Under the pieces are notes generated by a model. It was not told the origin of the DNA. It saw only the letters and a list, made by a program, of their open reading frames with translations, and ran no database searches. A stretch of 64,000 bases of DNA from Macrostomum lignano (lineage: Eukaryota), in the NCBI GenBank assembly GCA_002269645.1, contig NIVC01000788.1:229777-293776 (forward strand), read 5' to 3'. The position numbers and the translations under genes were made by a program. Of this stretch, positions 13,263 through 24,835 are shown in pieces. Position 1 is the first letter of the stretch; each line of letters begins with the position of its first letter.

Positions 13263-13904
13263 AATCCGTTATATTCATTTTATCCGTATGAGTGTAAATC
13301 ATCTCGATTATAAAACCTGTGCTCTACACTATACGATCCCAACACACTTATGAAAAAATCGATACTTTGCGAAATAAACAAACTAGACTAATTTAGAATT
13401 CCTTGTGTGTGTTAGGAGTTGACCGCGGCAAGATGGTTAATATGATAACAAGTGCGCACAGCGCGGGGCTAAGAAGCACAGAGCGGCTCTTTAGTATTGG
13501 GGTATACAGGATTAACGAAACTACTTGGATGTAATCAGAGAGATGGTTAGCACACGGGGCGTGATGAAAAAGGCATGATCACGGACTCTAGTCGCGCTTC
13601 GTTTTAGGATAAGAGAATATTGAGGCCGTGCACTTCTGCCAGTGTGCACAGAGTAAGATGGATATCTGAAATCGCTCAAATGGCATGTGCTAAATTGAGG
13701 AATTTGTTCCCACGCCGGCTTACATTCTCTTTGTTGATTCGATTTTGGAGAAACTTTAATAGAGAAACTAGTTCAAGCATTTTTTGGATCTTCTTTTTTC
13801 ATAATTCTATAAATATCAACGATTAGGTGTGATTTTCTAGATATTTTTATACTTTAGTTAACTTTTTATACATTCTTTAGGCAGGGGCTGTGTGCACTCT
13901 GGCA

Positions 13905-14110
13905 CATTTCAAAGCGACATTGTCACACAACCGGCGAGAGGCATTGCTGCCCATTCCGCCGACTCCCCTGAGCAGGCACACAAGCGCGCGGATACTTATG
14001 CAGTCATACGCACAGGCACACACTCACACAGGAGTGTACAGCGGCCTTAACTTTATTTATCGTTAGGCATGTACACTTCACTGTGCCTTGGGGGTTGGCC
14101 CTTAAGGGCG
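13905..14110 (-). mobile_element. SINE family B, body fragment
   Basis: Contains CTGCCCATTCCG, CACACAGGAGTGTACAGCGGCC and GGCATGTACAC, matching the other copies. Confidence 0.75.
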
Positions 14111-15749
14111 TTAGCTGCACAAGCAGAGCCAAGCCAAGATTCCAATTTAACCTCAAATTAATGCGACTGCACTTGGAATCGAGCCTGGGCCGCTGGGATC
14201 GCCGCGCCAGATCTTCTACCTACTTCTTCAAAACGGGTATGAAAGTTCGAATTTGGACCATAGACAGGTCCAATCTGTACAAATCTGTATCCCCATAAAC
14301 AAGGCTACAACGTTTTTTATGTACGTCTTGTATTTATGTTTCGAAGGATCTGTAACAGATGGAAATCTTTATTATCTAAATTTTATGCTTGCTGCAATGC
14401 TTCCAAAACTTGGTCTTGATTTGGACACAGACACACCCGCAAACTTTTGATTCCCAAATCAAGTATAGCAATAGCAGTAATTGCTCTGTCCATTGTTTAC
14501 AACTCATGAAAACTGTTCTTCAAAGTGAATCGGTTTTTTTTGGAAATGAAGGACAGCATTATGCCATCAATACCTCAGCTTGCACATCCCTGAAAAATTT
14601 CATTTCAAAATCATGCACAAAACTGCTGCTAGAGATCCTCTTTGATATACGTAAAACCTCGTAACCTCATTGGCCCTTGTAACTGTTATTAAATTATCAT
14701 GTACACAAAAGCTTGTAGTCAAATTAAAGATGCAATTTTTCGCTTTTGAATGACTTCTAACTTGTTTCAGAATTCCAGACTATGAACACTCTTCACTTCA
14801 TGAAAAGTGGTCAAAAACAGTCTTCCGGTATGCTTGGAGTTTAATATAGAGGTGATTTTTTCTTCCATTTGAAGCGCATTTTATAAATCCAAGTGCGTAT
14901 TTTCTAAGTCGAAGTGCCTTATTTGAGAACTGCACTTAGTGTGTGAATTCATTGCCCAGCAGATAGGCAAATATCTTACTTGAGATGTAAAGTATTAGAA
15001 AACAGGGCACTAGGACAGACTGAGGGATGGATGGCAGACTTTGATTAACCTCCAGAACTATCAGCAGCCTAGGACACCAAAATCCGCGGCTAATGCCAGG
15101 GGAAATAAATGCATAGCTCCAGCTAAGAGGGAGAGAAAATGCTAGACAGAGCTTTCCAAGAGAGGCGGAATAAGTCAGTTTCTCTGCCAAATTCTCTATC
15201 ACACTCAGGGAGACAGACAGAGGAAAGAAAACACAGGAATCAGACTCCAGTCAGGCCACTTATTCTCTCTGTCTAGCAGCTCAACTGGAGTTCGCGCGCG
15301 CTTATTATGCCTCGCTGTATTTCCCCTACTGACATACGATCGGCCTCTCAAACAAGCAGTGTGGCAGGACACCACTATATAGTCTACAGTCTGGCAAAGC
15401 CGAACTCAATGCCAACCAACCAACTCTTCACTCTTGCAGAACTGGCCAGAGAACTGAACAAATTAATCACGGCAGCTACTGACATACAACAAATGATACG
15501 TGGCACATGGTTAAAGCCCAGTCTCTAATCAGCATTGACTGATAAAGTATATCAACTGCAGATACTTGTTGACAAAGCTTTGTGGAACTTATGGATTTAC
15601 AGGAAACAAGTCGGAGATAATTAGCTTGTATACAAAAGTGAAAATCAGTGAAGTCTAGTGGGTGGCCAAAAGGGATCGGCCACAGGGAGACTTCAGGAGT
15701 TTTAGGGGAATTAAGGGATTATAGAATGGATGCTGAAAGGGAAGGATGG

Positions 15750-17851
15750 TGCGATTGAGATGGTGAGGAGGAATAAGATGGTGAGAAGGGGATTGAGGTG
15801 TTGAGAAGGAGATTGAGATGCTAAGAAGGGGGAATGAGTACTGAGAAGGGAATTGAGATGATGAGAAGGGGGAATGAGATGGTGAGAAGGGGGATTGAGA
15901 TGGTGAGAAGGGTGAATGAGATGGTGAGAAGGGGGATTGAGATTGTGAGAAGGGGGATTGAGATATTGAGGAGGAATGAGATGATGAGAAGGGGGGAATG
16001 AGATGGTGAGAAGGGGGATTGAGATGGTGAGAAGGGTGAATGAGATGGTGAGAAGGGGGATTGAGATGGTGAGAAGGGGATTGAGATGGTGAGAAGGGGG
16101 ATTGAGATGATGAGACGGGGGATTGAGATATTGAGCAGGAATGATATGGTGAGAAGGGGGATTGAGATGGTGAGAAGGGGGATTGAGATGGTGAGAAGGG
16201 AGATTGAGATGGTGAGAAGGGGGATTGAGATGGTGAGAAGGGAGATTGAGATGGTGAGAAGGGGGATTTAGATGGTGAGAAGGGAGATTGAGATGGTGAG
16301 AAGGGGGATTGAGATTGTGAGAAGGGAGATTGAGATGGTGAGAAGGGTGATTAAGATGGTGAGAAGGGAGATTGAGATGGTGAGAAGGGGGATTGAGATG
16401 ATGAGACGGGGGATTGAGATATTGAGCAGGAATGATATGGTGAGAAGGGGGATTGAGATGGTGAGAAGGGGGATTGAGATTGTGAGAAGGGAGATTGAGA
16501 TGGTGAGGAGTGAGATTGAGATGGTGAGAAGGGTGATTGAGATGGTGAGAAGGGGGATTTAGATGGTGAGAAGGGAGATTGAGATGGTGAGAAGGGGGAT
16601 TGAGATTGTGAGAAGGGAGATTGAGATGGTGAGAAGGGTGATTAAGATGGTGAGAAGGGAGATTGAGATGGTGAGAAGGGGGATTGAGATTGTGAGAAGG
16701 GTGATTGAGATATTGAGACGGTGAGAAGGGGGATTGAGATGGTAAGAAGTGAGATTGAGATGGTGAGAAGGGTGATTGAGATATTGAGAGGGTGAGAAGG
16801 GGGATTGAGATGGTGAGAAGGGGGATTGAGATGATGAGAAGGGGGATTGAGATGGTGAGAAGGGGGATTGAGAGGGTGAGAAGGGGGATTGAGATGGTGA
16901 GAAGGGAGATTGAGATGGTGAGAAGGGGGATTGAGATGGTGAGAAGGGGGATTGAGATGGTGAGAAGGGGGATTTAGATGGTGAGAAGGGAGATTGAGAT
17001 GGTGAGAAGGGGGATTGAGATGGTGAGAAGGGAGATTGAGATGGTGAGAAGGGGGATTTAGATGGTGAGAAGGGAGATTGAGATGGTGAGAAGGGGGATT
17101 GAGATTGTGAGAAGGGAGATTGAGATGGTGAGAAGGGTGATTAAGATGGTGAGAAGGGAGATTGAGATGGTGAGAAGGGGGATTGAGATTGTGAGAAGGG
17201 AGATTGAGATGGTGAGAAGGGTGATTGAGATATTGAGACGGTGAGAAGGGGGATTGAGATGGTAAGAAGTGAGATTGAGATGGTGAGAAGGGTGATTGAG
17301 ATATTGAGAGGGTGAGAAGGGGGATTGAGATGGTGAGAAGGGGGATTGAGATGATGAGAAGGGGGATTGAGATGGTGAGAAGGGGGATTGAGAGGGTGAG
17401 AAGGGGGATTGAGATGGTGAGAAAGGGGATTGAGATGATGAGAAGGGGGATTGAGATATTGAGCAGGAATGATATGGTGAGAAGGGGGATTGAGATGGTG
17501 AGAAGGGGATTGAGATGATGAGAAGGGGATTGAGATATTGAGCAGGAATCATATGGTGAGAAGGGGGATTGAGATGGTGAGAAGGGGGATTGAGATATTG
17601 AGGAGGAATGATATGGTGAGAAGGGGATTGAGATGGTGAGAAGGGAGATTGAGATTGTGAGAAGGGGGATTGAGATGGTGAGAAGGGAGATTGAGATTGT
17701 GAGAAGGGAGATTGAGATGGTGAGGAGTGAGATTGAGATGGTGAGAAGGGTGATTGAGATATTGAGACGGTGAGAAGGGAGATTGAGATGGTGAGAAGGG
17801 AGATTGAGATGGTGAGAAGGGGTAATGAGATTCTGAGAAGGGGGAATGAGA
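15750..17851. repeat. Purine-rich 21-bp array GAGATGGTGAGAAGGGGGATT (~100 copies)
   Basis: Period read directly; ends about 18 bp from the CASK exon 7 donor. Confidence 0.95.
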
Positions 17852-17869
17852 TCAAGCTTTGCCCCTCAC

Positions 17870-18161
17870 CAGCGGCAGCGACTTCGTCCTCCAACGGGTC
17901 CCGTTCCTCGCCTTCGGCGGCCCATTTGGCGCTGGACACCACAGCTAGGATGGCGCCTTTCAGCTTCCGCCTAGAATTGAACCGCTTCATCTCTTCCACA
18001 GACTCGCTCAGGTGCAGCTTGGGCACCCGGCTTCTGTCGGCAATCCACGGATGCCGGAGCGCCTCATCGACTGTCATTCGCCGTTTCGGGTCAAGGTCGA
18101 GCAGCCGGTTGACCAGGTCTTTCGCCTCGGTGGATATGTGGCTCCACACGCGAGGCTTCAT
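17870..18161 (-). CDS. CASK: CASK exon 7 (292 nt; end of kinase domain and CaM-binding segment)
   Basis: ccccag|ATG AAG CCT... gives [21 protein letters not shown]...[21 protein letters not shown]...EDEVAAA, then G|gtgagg. Confidence 0.97.
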
Positions 18162-18328
18162 CTGGGGAGCGGGGGCAGTGTGGCCCTTATGATTGCATAG
18201 CAAGCCCTAAGCTAGTCTAGCAATTTTTGCGCGTACTTACTCACTTCAAAAAGCAGTCAATAATGAATACTCGTATTTACTAAGAGTAGTATCTGCTGGA
18301 GTCCTAGAAAATAAATAAATACGCTTAC

Positions 18329-18504
18329 CCGACACCGGCCGCTAAGGATCTGCTCAAACAGCAAATTGCCTGTGCCGCAGAAGGGCAGGGAGCCGCTCAG
18401 CAGGGTGAACAGCAGAACGCCGCAGCCCCACGCGTCCACAGGCTTGCCGTACGGCTCGCGACGGACAACCTCCGGGGCCATGAAGTGCGGCGTGCCGATA
18501 CGGC
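18329..18504 (-). CDS. CASK: CASK exon 6 (176 nt)
   Basis: cctcag|GC CGT... gives [59 protein letters not shown], then |gtaagc. Confidence 0.98.
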
Positions 18505-18552
18505 CTGAGGGATTGTAGGTGAGTATGAGGTAGATAGCTGTGTATAGGGTGC

Positions 18553-18795
18553 AGCTACCCTCAGGTCCTTCAGCAGTACCACTCAGGTCCTTCAGCAGTA
18601 CCACTCAGGTCCTTCAGCGGTACCCCTCAGGTTCTTCAGTGGTACCCTTAGGTCTTTCAGCGGTACCCCTCAGGTCTTCAGCGGTACCCCACTCAAGTCC
18701 ATCAGCGGGTACGCCACTCAATTTCTTCAGTGGGTACGCCACTCAAATCCTTCAGTGGGTACCCCATTTAAGTCCTTCAGCCGGTACGCCATTTA
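18553..18795. repeat. 22-bp array TCAGGTCCTTCAGCAGTACCAC (~11 diverging copies)
   Basis: Period read directly. Confidence 0.85.
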
Positions 18796-20157
18796 ACTCT
18801 CCAATGCAATATTACAAATCAAATTTGAGCCTAAAAACCTAAAGCAAGCAGAAAAACTTGCCAAATCCTACTTAAAATAGTTGGTAAAGCGCGTTTTACT
18901 GCGAATCTAATTTGGATTGCAAATAAAAAGTTAGGCCGAGTTCTATAATAACACAATATCACAATTGCTTATCTGTCTGTTGGCCACTTATCAGTTCTCA
19001 TACAAGTACAAAAATGACAAAATACACCCACTGGCCAGACACAAATAACGGACACAATTTCTAAGGGCGGAATCTGTCAGCCAACGGTGATATTTGCTGA
19101 TAGGCAGAAGGCGCATCTGCTTACCCATCTGGTCGGGTCTTAGGCTTATAGAGATATCTTGGTCTACATTAATTGGCGTGCCTGTAGTAAGTAAAGCAGT
19201 ACATATGCATAATAGCTATGTACTTATAAACGAGCTAAATAGTAACATTACAAAAACATTTTTATCAGGCGGCACAATTACCCCCTTTGGAGAGAAATCT
19301 CTCGTTGCTTATCTGCGCTCTCACGGCAACACGACTTTGCTTCTTCTAGCACGTCTGACAGTAAGGCTTTTATCTAAGTGTGCGAGTTCCTAGACAAGAT
19401 CTTAGGCAATATAAATTCTCTCCGACCTCACTTGCTTACTAACCGCGGCTGAATCTGCTTAACTATCCAATCTCTGTGAAATGCGCTAGAAATTATTGAA
19501 GTTTTTGTATTTTTATACAAAGATCATTTGAAAGCCAGGAACTTAGCTGCAGGCTGCATTATCTGGCAGGGTAAACATACTACTGGAACATATACTACTG
19601 CATATTTTCGATTCCCATCCGATAATAGGCCTGCGATAAAACACCAGATTTGATGCAATGCATTTCGTCAAAAAAATAGAAAAATCAGTTTATGATTAGT
19701 CTATGGTCAAAACACTGCCCACAGACATAAACATAGACAGAAAACGACAGATCTTTACTGAATGGCAGTCGATGCTTGAGCATGATTTCAATGAGCTAAA
19801 AAATCAACAACAGTTTTGAAAACAATGTAAACTTTAAATTACAATCGGCAAACTACAGAAAACATAAAAACCACTAACTGCATATGTACTTCTGTACACT
19901 GTACAAGATCAAAAAACGTCACTGGCAGTCTATAATAGAGGTTGCTGCTGGCATCCTTCTTTGTGCTGATGTCTATGGCCAAAATTATCAACTCTTCTAC
20001 GGGCGACCTCTCTTCTACAGTTCTACCATAGACAAAATAACTCGTCTATGGGTGGGTGAAGGGTAAGGCGTTGCTCAGCTGCGGCAGGCGATAGCGGACG
20101 CCTGGCAAATACTTCCGCGGGATTACCTTTGGCGTCTTAGTCTGGGGAGTGCCTGTC

Positions 20158-20349
20158 CAAGGAGTTTTATAATTAGCAATCTGGAGTGGAACGAGGTTTT
20201 ATCTCATGAGGCCACGGAAATTGTTAAGGATAAGCAGCCAGCACTGAATGTCTATGACTCTGTCTGACTTTGTCTATGCTATTCTGGCCTCATGAGGTGA
20301 AAGTGAAAAACTCGTTTCTAATCCAGATAGCTAATTATAGAACTCCTTG
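20158..20349. mobile_element. Foldback MITE (~190 bp) with ~60-bp imperfect TIRs
   Basis: CAAGGAGTTTTATAATTAGCAATCTGGA...CTCATGAGGCCA is mirrored by TGGCCTCATGAG...TCCAGATAGCTAATTATAGAACTCCTTG. Possible 7-bp TSD GCCTGTC/GTCTGCC (5/7). Confidence 0.7.
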
Positions 20350-20505
20350 GTCTGCCCTACTAGCTGCTCGTGAGCAATTCACATAATTCATGCATCAGAA
20401 TTATAGTCCTTGGGTTGGGCACTTTTGTCTGCTGTTGAGCATATCTGGTAGCTTGTAAATTGTAAAATACACGAATTCCGCCCCATGCCTCAGTTCGTCA
20501 CTGAC

Positions 20506-20681
20506 CTCCTGGAACCAGACCGTCGCTGTCCAGCTGCACGGCGATGCCAAATCCGCCAAGTTTCACTGGTGCCGAATTCTCTTTGGAGTGAAGCAGGACG
20601 CAGTGCGGCTTCAAGTCGCGATGAATTATATTGTGCTCGTGGCAGTAGCGCACGGCCTCGAGTATTTGGCGCATGTAGTGC
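20506..20681 (-). CDS. CASK: CASK exon 5 (176 nt; HRD and GFG motifs)
   Basis: cccag|G CAC TAC... gives [58 protein letters not shown], then G|gtcagt. The CASK-diagnostic GFG (for DFG) and KPHC are present. Confidence 0.98.
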
Positions 20682-21574
20682 CTGGGTGTGAATGAGGATT
20701 TCATAATCAAGGAGATGCTATGGATTTTCTATACTTTAGGTAGCAACGTTTTAAAACACCTCTTAGTTATAACCTAACTTACTCGTACTCTATTGTGCTT
20801 CACTGTAATGTACTTTTCGTGAAAAGTTAACCTTCAAATTTCTTTTCCGAGAAAGTATCAGTCTTAGTGGTCCTTAGCATGCAATGTCCCTGGTCCCCTG
20901 GAGCACCCAAACCTTTACTTTCATACCTGGGCAAAAATTGGAGACACGTTTTTGCCTCTATCAGGGCCTATTAGTTAAGCTGTAAACTATTAGTTAAGTT
21001 TTGGTAAATGTTACTTAACACAATTGACAAGGTGCACTAGCCACCATTAAATGTACTTTTAATCAATAACTAGTAGACTAAAACTGGTTAACTTAATAGC
21101 CTATTTAGAACCCTCTCAGTGCTTAGAACAATTTGAAACCCTGTGGGGAAAACCAGGGCGACTTCGAGACTAAGAGGAGAGTGATTGGGGGGGAGAGAAA
21201 GGGCCGAGGGAGAGTAGACACAGCCCAAGAGTCCACTTTATTGATCTTATTTATCTGCGACACACCCAGCTCCCTAGCCCTACCGTCCACTCTAGATACG
21301 ACCAGCTCAATACGGACTCTTTAGGGAAGTGAGGTAAATAAATAGGCTTCGAATCAAATGAGTGAGAGAGAGAGAGAGAGAGAGAGGAACAGAGGAAGCC
21401 AGGCAACCAGTTATCAATCAATCGTAGAATCAAGGAGTGAGAGCGACAGTGAGCGACTTTTTATACACAACAGTTTAGTAGCCCAGCGATTCCGCTCTTT
21501 ACCCATGAAAATGAAAGTAAATCACAGTCCTATGAATTTTAATACAATACAACTACGGGATTATCTAATTTCTA

Positions 21575-21680
21575 ATCATAGGATTGCAATCACGGGATTA
21601 GTATTGCAATTACGGGATTAGTATCAAAATCACGGGATTAGTGTCAAAATCACGACGGGATTAGTATTTCTATCACGGGA
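21575..21680. repeat. 20-bp array CACGGGATTAGTATTGCAAT (~5 copies)
   Basis: Period read directly. Confidence 0.75.
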
Positions 21681-21794
21681 CTTGCATCCCAAATCATGTA
21701 ATTTTTATAAGAATCTTAGTATCGGAAGCGCGATTGACGGGCATACAATGCGCAGGTGCATTAATTACGGCAACAAAACGCATGTATCACTTAC

Positions 21795-21872
21795 GTCGCC
21801 ACACCTTCGCTGAATACAAAACCGGCCGTTGCACGCTTCACAATCTCAAAGCAGAGATCGGCATTGTCCATG
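21795..21872 (-). CDS. CASK: CASK exon 4 (78 nt)
   Basis: ttttcag|C ATG GAC... gives (Y)[25 protein letters not shown], then AC|gtaagt. Near-identical to [30 protein letters not shown]. Confidence 0.97.
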
Positions 21873-22129
21873 CTGAAAATAGGATTTGTGGACAATGGGA
21901 TCGTGAGCTAAGCAAGTCTAAATAATAGTCCTAATATACATTTCTCAGATCAACGCAATTTTCTGCTTGATACAGTTAACTACGATACATATCGTGTCAA
22001 AATAGGACCAGTAGAAATATTCTCAGACTGATGGATGGAATGCAGCATCGAAGTACCCAACCTACTAATACGAGTATAAATACGTGTAATAATAATTGCA
22101 GGAGAGTTGTGGCCGCTCTAGCGCAACTC

Positions 22130-22435
22130 CTTCGGCGACATCGACTCCTGAGCACTCCTGAGCAATCATGAGCACTCCTGAGCACATACAAGCGCGCCAA
22201 TACTGTACGCAGGCACGCACTCATACACATGCTCACACAGGGTGTACAGCGGCCCTTGTGACACTCTAATCACCAGGCATGTACACTCTCTGTGCATTTG
22301 GGGTTGGTCCTCATGGTCGTGAATCGAACGACAACCCGGTCAATTTTTGTACACAGATTGATGCAGTCGGACACGGAATCGAACCATGGGTCTGTGACAC
22401 GAAAGTCAGGCGCGCACCTACGAGGTGCTCGGTAG
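22130..22435 (-). mobile_element. tRNA-derived SINE family B, near full length
   Basis: Head with GGTTCGATTCC, then GTTGTCGTTCGATTCAC...CATGAGG, GCCGCTGTACACCCTGTGTGAGC and GTGCGTGCCTGCGTACAGT, shared with 61955-62255 and the other copies. Confidence 0.8.
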
Positions 22436-23239
22436 TTGAAGAAAAAGCCTCATTTAAATATTGTACATGTACAGGGATACTCAAAAGACCAAAATACGAC
22501 CCTGAGCCGCAAGTAAGCTGTCAAAGATCAGCTGTGAGCAACTTTAAAGCAGCCAGAGATGCTCAAAGAATTCAGCCGCAGCTGTCCAGAAGCCCTTGAG
22601 CATGCTCAAGGATGCAAGAGATGCATTTCAGCGATGCCTGCTAGAGATGCAGCTCATTCAGACGCAATATTTCAAAGAGAGGGACAGTCAAAAACAGGCA
22701 ATAAGTGTCAGAGACGAAGATAAACAGATAGAAGCAAATGAAGCTCCGGAATTCAGCAATTCATATTAAAATACCCGCGCATGGTTGAAGCCGCCGCCCT
22801 CCCACACAAAAATAAACTTTTCTCCCACTGCAGCAAATCGCACATAAGCGGAATGTTACATACGTCGCCCCGACCGATGTAGTTACTAAGGGGATCTATG
22901 TAGATCGAAGGCCTCGGGCACACTGGGAAATAATATTTCATGGCTGCTTGGTCAGATAAAAGTTAGAGTTTTGTTAAAGCCAAGCCATCTGTAATAAACT
23001 GTCACTGGGAGGAGAAAGAGGGGAAAGTGAAAGAGAAGTACGAGAGCTTCAAACCCTGTGTGGTAGGGACTTTTACAAAGAACATCTGGACAGACTGGAA
23101 TAGAGCCAGAAAACTTTATTAGCGCAGAAAGTTACCACGAAAGCTTTCTGAAAAGCATTTAAGCCTCACTCGACCACAGATAAAGAAGCTTTGTATAATA
23201 CACGCTTCTAATGTAGTTTAGTTATACGTATACTAGCAC

Positions 23240-23470
23240 ACCGCGATCATTGGCCTCTCAGCATCTCTACCGTGATAATTGGTATCTCAGCATCTCTACC
23301 GCGATCATTGGCCTCTCAGCATCTCTACCGCGATCATTGGCCTCTCAGCGTCTCCCCCGTAATCATTAGTATCTCAGCATCTCTACCGTGATCATTGGTA
23401 TCTCAGCATCTCCCCCGTAATCATTGGTATCTCAGCATCTCTACCGTGATCATTGGTATCTCAGCATCTC
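23240..23470. repeat. 29-bp array GATCATTGGYMTCTCAGCATCTCTACCGY (~8 copies)
   Basis: Period read directly. Confidence 0.88.
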
Positions 23471-23705
23471 TTCCTGGAGTCAGGTTTACCTCGATAAAAC
23501 CGTCCTACCCAGGCACACAGACGATGGGTACCGCTGCCGTGAATTTCTCGTTATTTGGCACGCACATAAAACTTACACTAAGGCTAACGGGTAGATTCTT
23601 GTAGGCTGATATTGGGAAATCAAAGTGTCTAACGTGGCCAGCACCTGGTATCGAACCCGGAACCTCTGCTACAAGAGAACGATGAGATGACACACCGCCA
23701 CAACC
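23470..23705 (-). mobile_element. tRNA-headed SINE-like element, family C (single copy seen)
   Basis: Minus strand TGGCGGTGTG...GGTTCCGGGTTCGATACCAGG (B-box) followed by a non-tRNA body. Similar head fragments lie near 12105-12150 and 49545-49590. Confidence 0.55.
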
Positions 23706-24354
23706 CTCTAGAAAAACAAATTAGAAATCGAGTCGAGAAAGGCAGCAAAGGAAAATTTTGCATGGACGACGAGAGCTTTTGGATGCATTATAAGCGGCGA
23801 CAGGTATTTGTCCTACCACCCAGGATAGCACAGTTATTCAAACACGCGCATGCGCTAATTTTGCCAGACAAACATGGAAAAATTAGGCCAGCAAAAGCTA
23901 TATGCATTACACATATGTGTAACAGTCAAGTAAATCTACGATATGTTTTAAGCTGAAGCACAGCCAGGTGAGAAGAATTAAAGTACGAGACTGCGCTCTA
24001 ATCCTTTCTAGAGGACACTCAGCGCCCAGCTACTATGCCAACGACACCATTTTTTTACACTTTGACACTTAAAGAGGCCACTTCTATTTTAAGTTCAAGT
24101 CCTCGTTTTAAGTTTCCAAATTTTCACACCCCAGCGATTAGACAAGCACGTACCCTCATATAAAGAGGGCTAAAAGCCAGCTGAAAGTTTTTTCTTGCAA
24201 ATTCCTTCGGCATACGTAAATTCAAGAAGACAGGAAGCATGCGCTTAGTTGACAAAGATGCGAGTAAATATGAATAGTGCAATGTCGTAGTTGGCGCTCA
24301 AATGGGCGCCAAGGAAGCCAAATAGGCTTTCCCAAAATGTCAAAATAAGCGTCA

Positions 24355-24835
24355 TAAGTGCCAAAATGGGTGTCCGAGATGGCAAAATGGGTGTCCGGGA
24401 TGGCAACATGGGTGTCCGAGATAACAAAATGGGTGTCCAAGATAATAAAATGGTGTCTGAGATGAAAAATGGGTGTCGGAGATGGCAAAATGGGTGTCCG
24501 AGATGACAAAATGGGTGTCTGAGATGACAAAATGGGTGTCCGAGATGACAAAATGGGTGTCCGAGATAACAAAATGGGTGTCCGAGATCGCAAATTGTGT
24601 GTCCAAGCTGTCAAAATGAGTGTTCGAGATGGCAAAATAGGTGTCCGATATCACAAAATGGGTGTCGGAGGTGGCAAAATGGGTATCCGAGATGGCAAAA
24701 GGGTTGTCGAAGGTGGCAAAATGGGTGTCGGAGGTGGCAAAATGGGGTGTTCGAGGTGGCAAAACGGATGTCGAAGGTGGCAATTGGCAAAATGGGTGTC
24801 CGAGGTGTCAAAATGGGTGTCAGAGGCGGAAAATT
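24355..24835. repeat. Diverged 21-bp array AAAATGGGTGTCCGAGATGGC (~22 copies)
   Basis: 7-aa periodicity in the ORFs. Confidence 0.88.

Noticed and set aside
14290-15560. Possible decayed retroelement sequence in CASK intron 7
   Set aside because: Many stops and no motif that I could assign to a family.
21142-21472. Possible solo LTR (TG...CA, AATAAA, GA microsatellite)
   Set aside because: No matching TSD or inverted termini at any end I tried.
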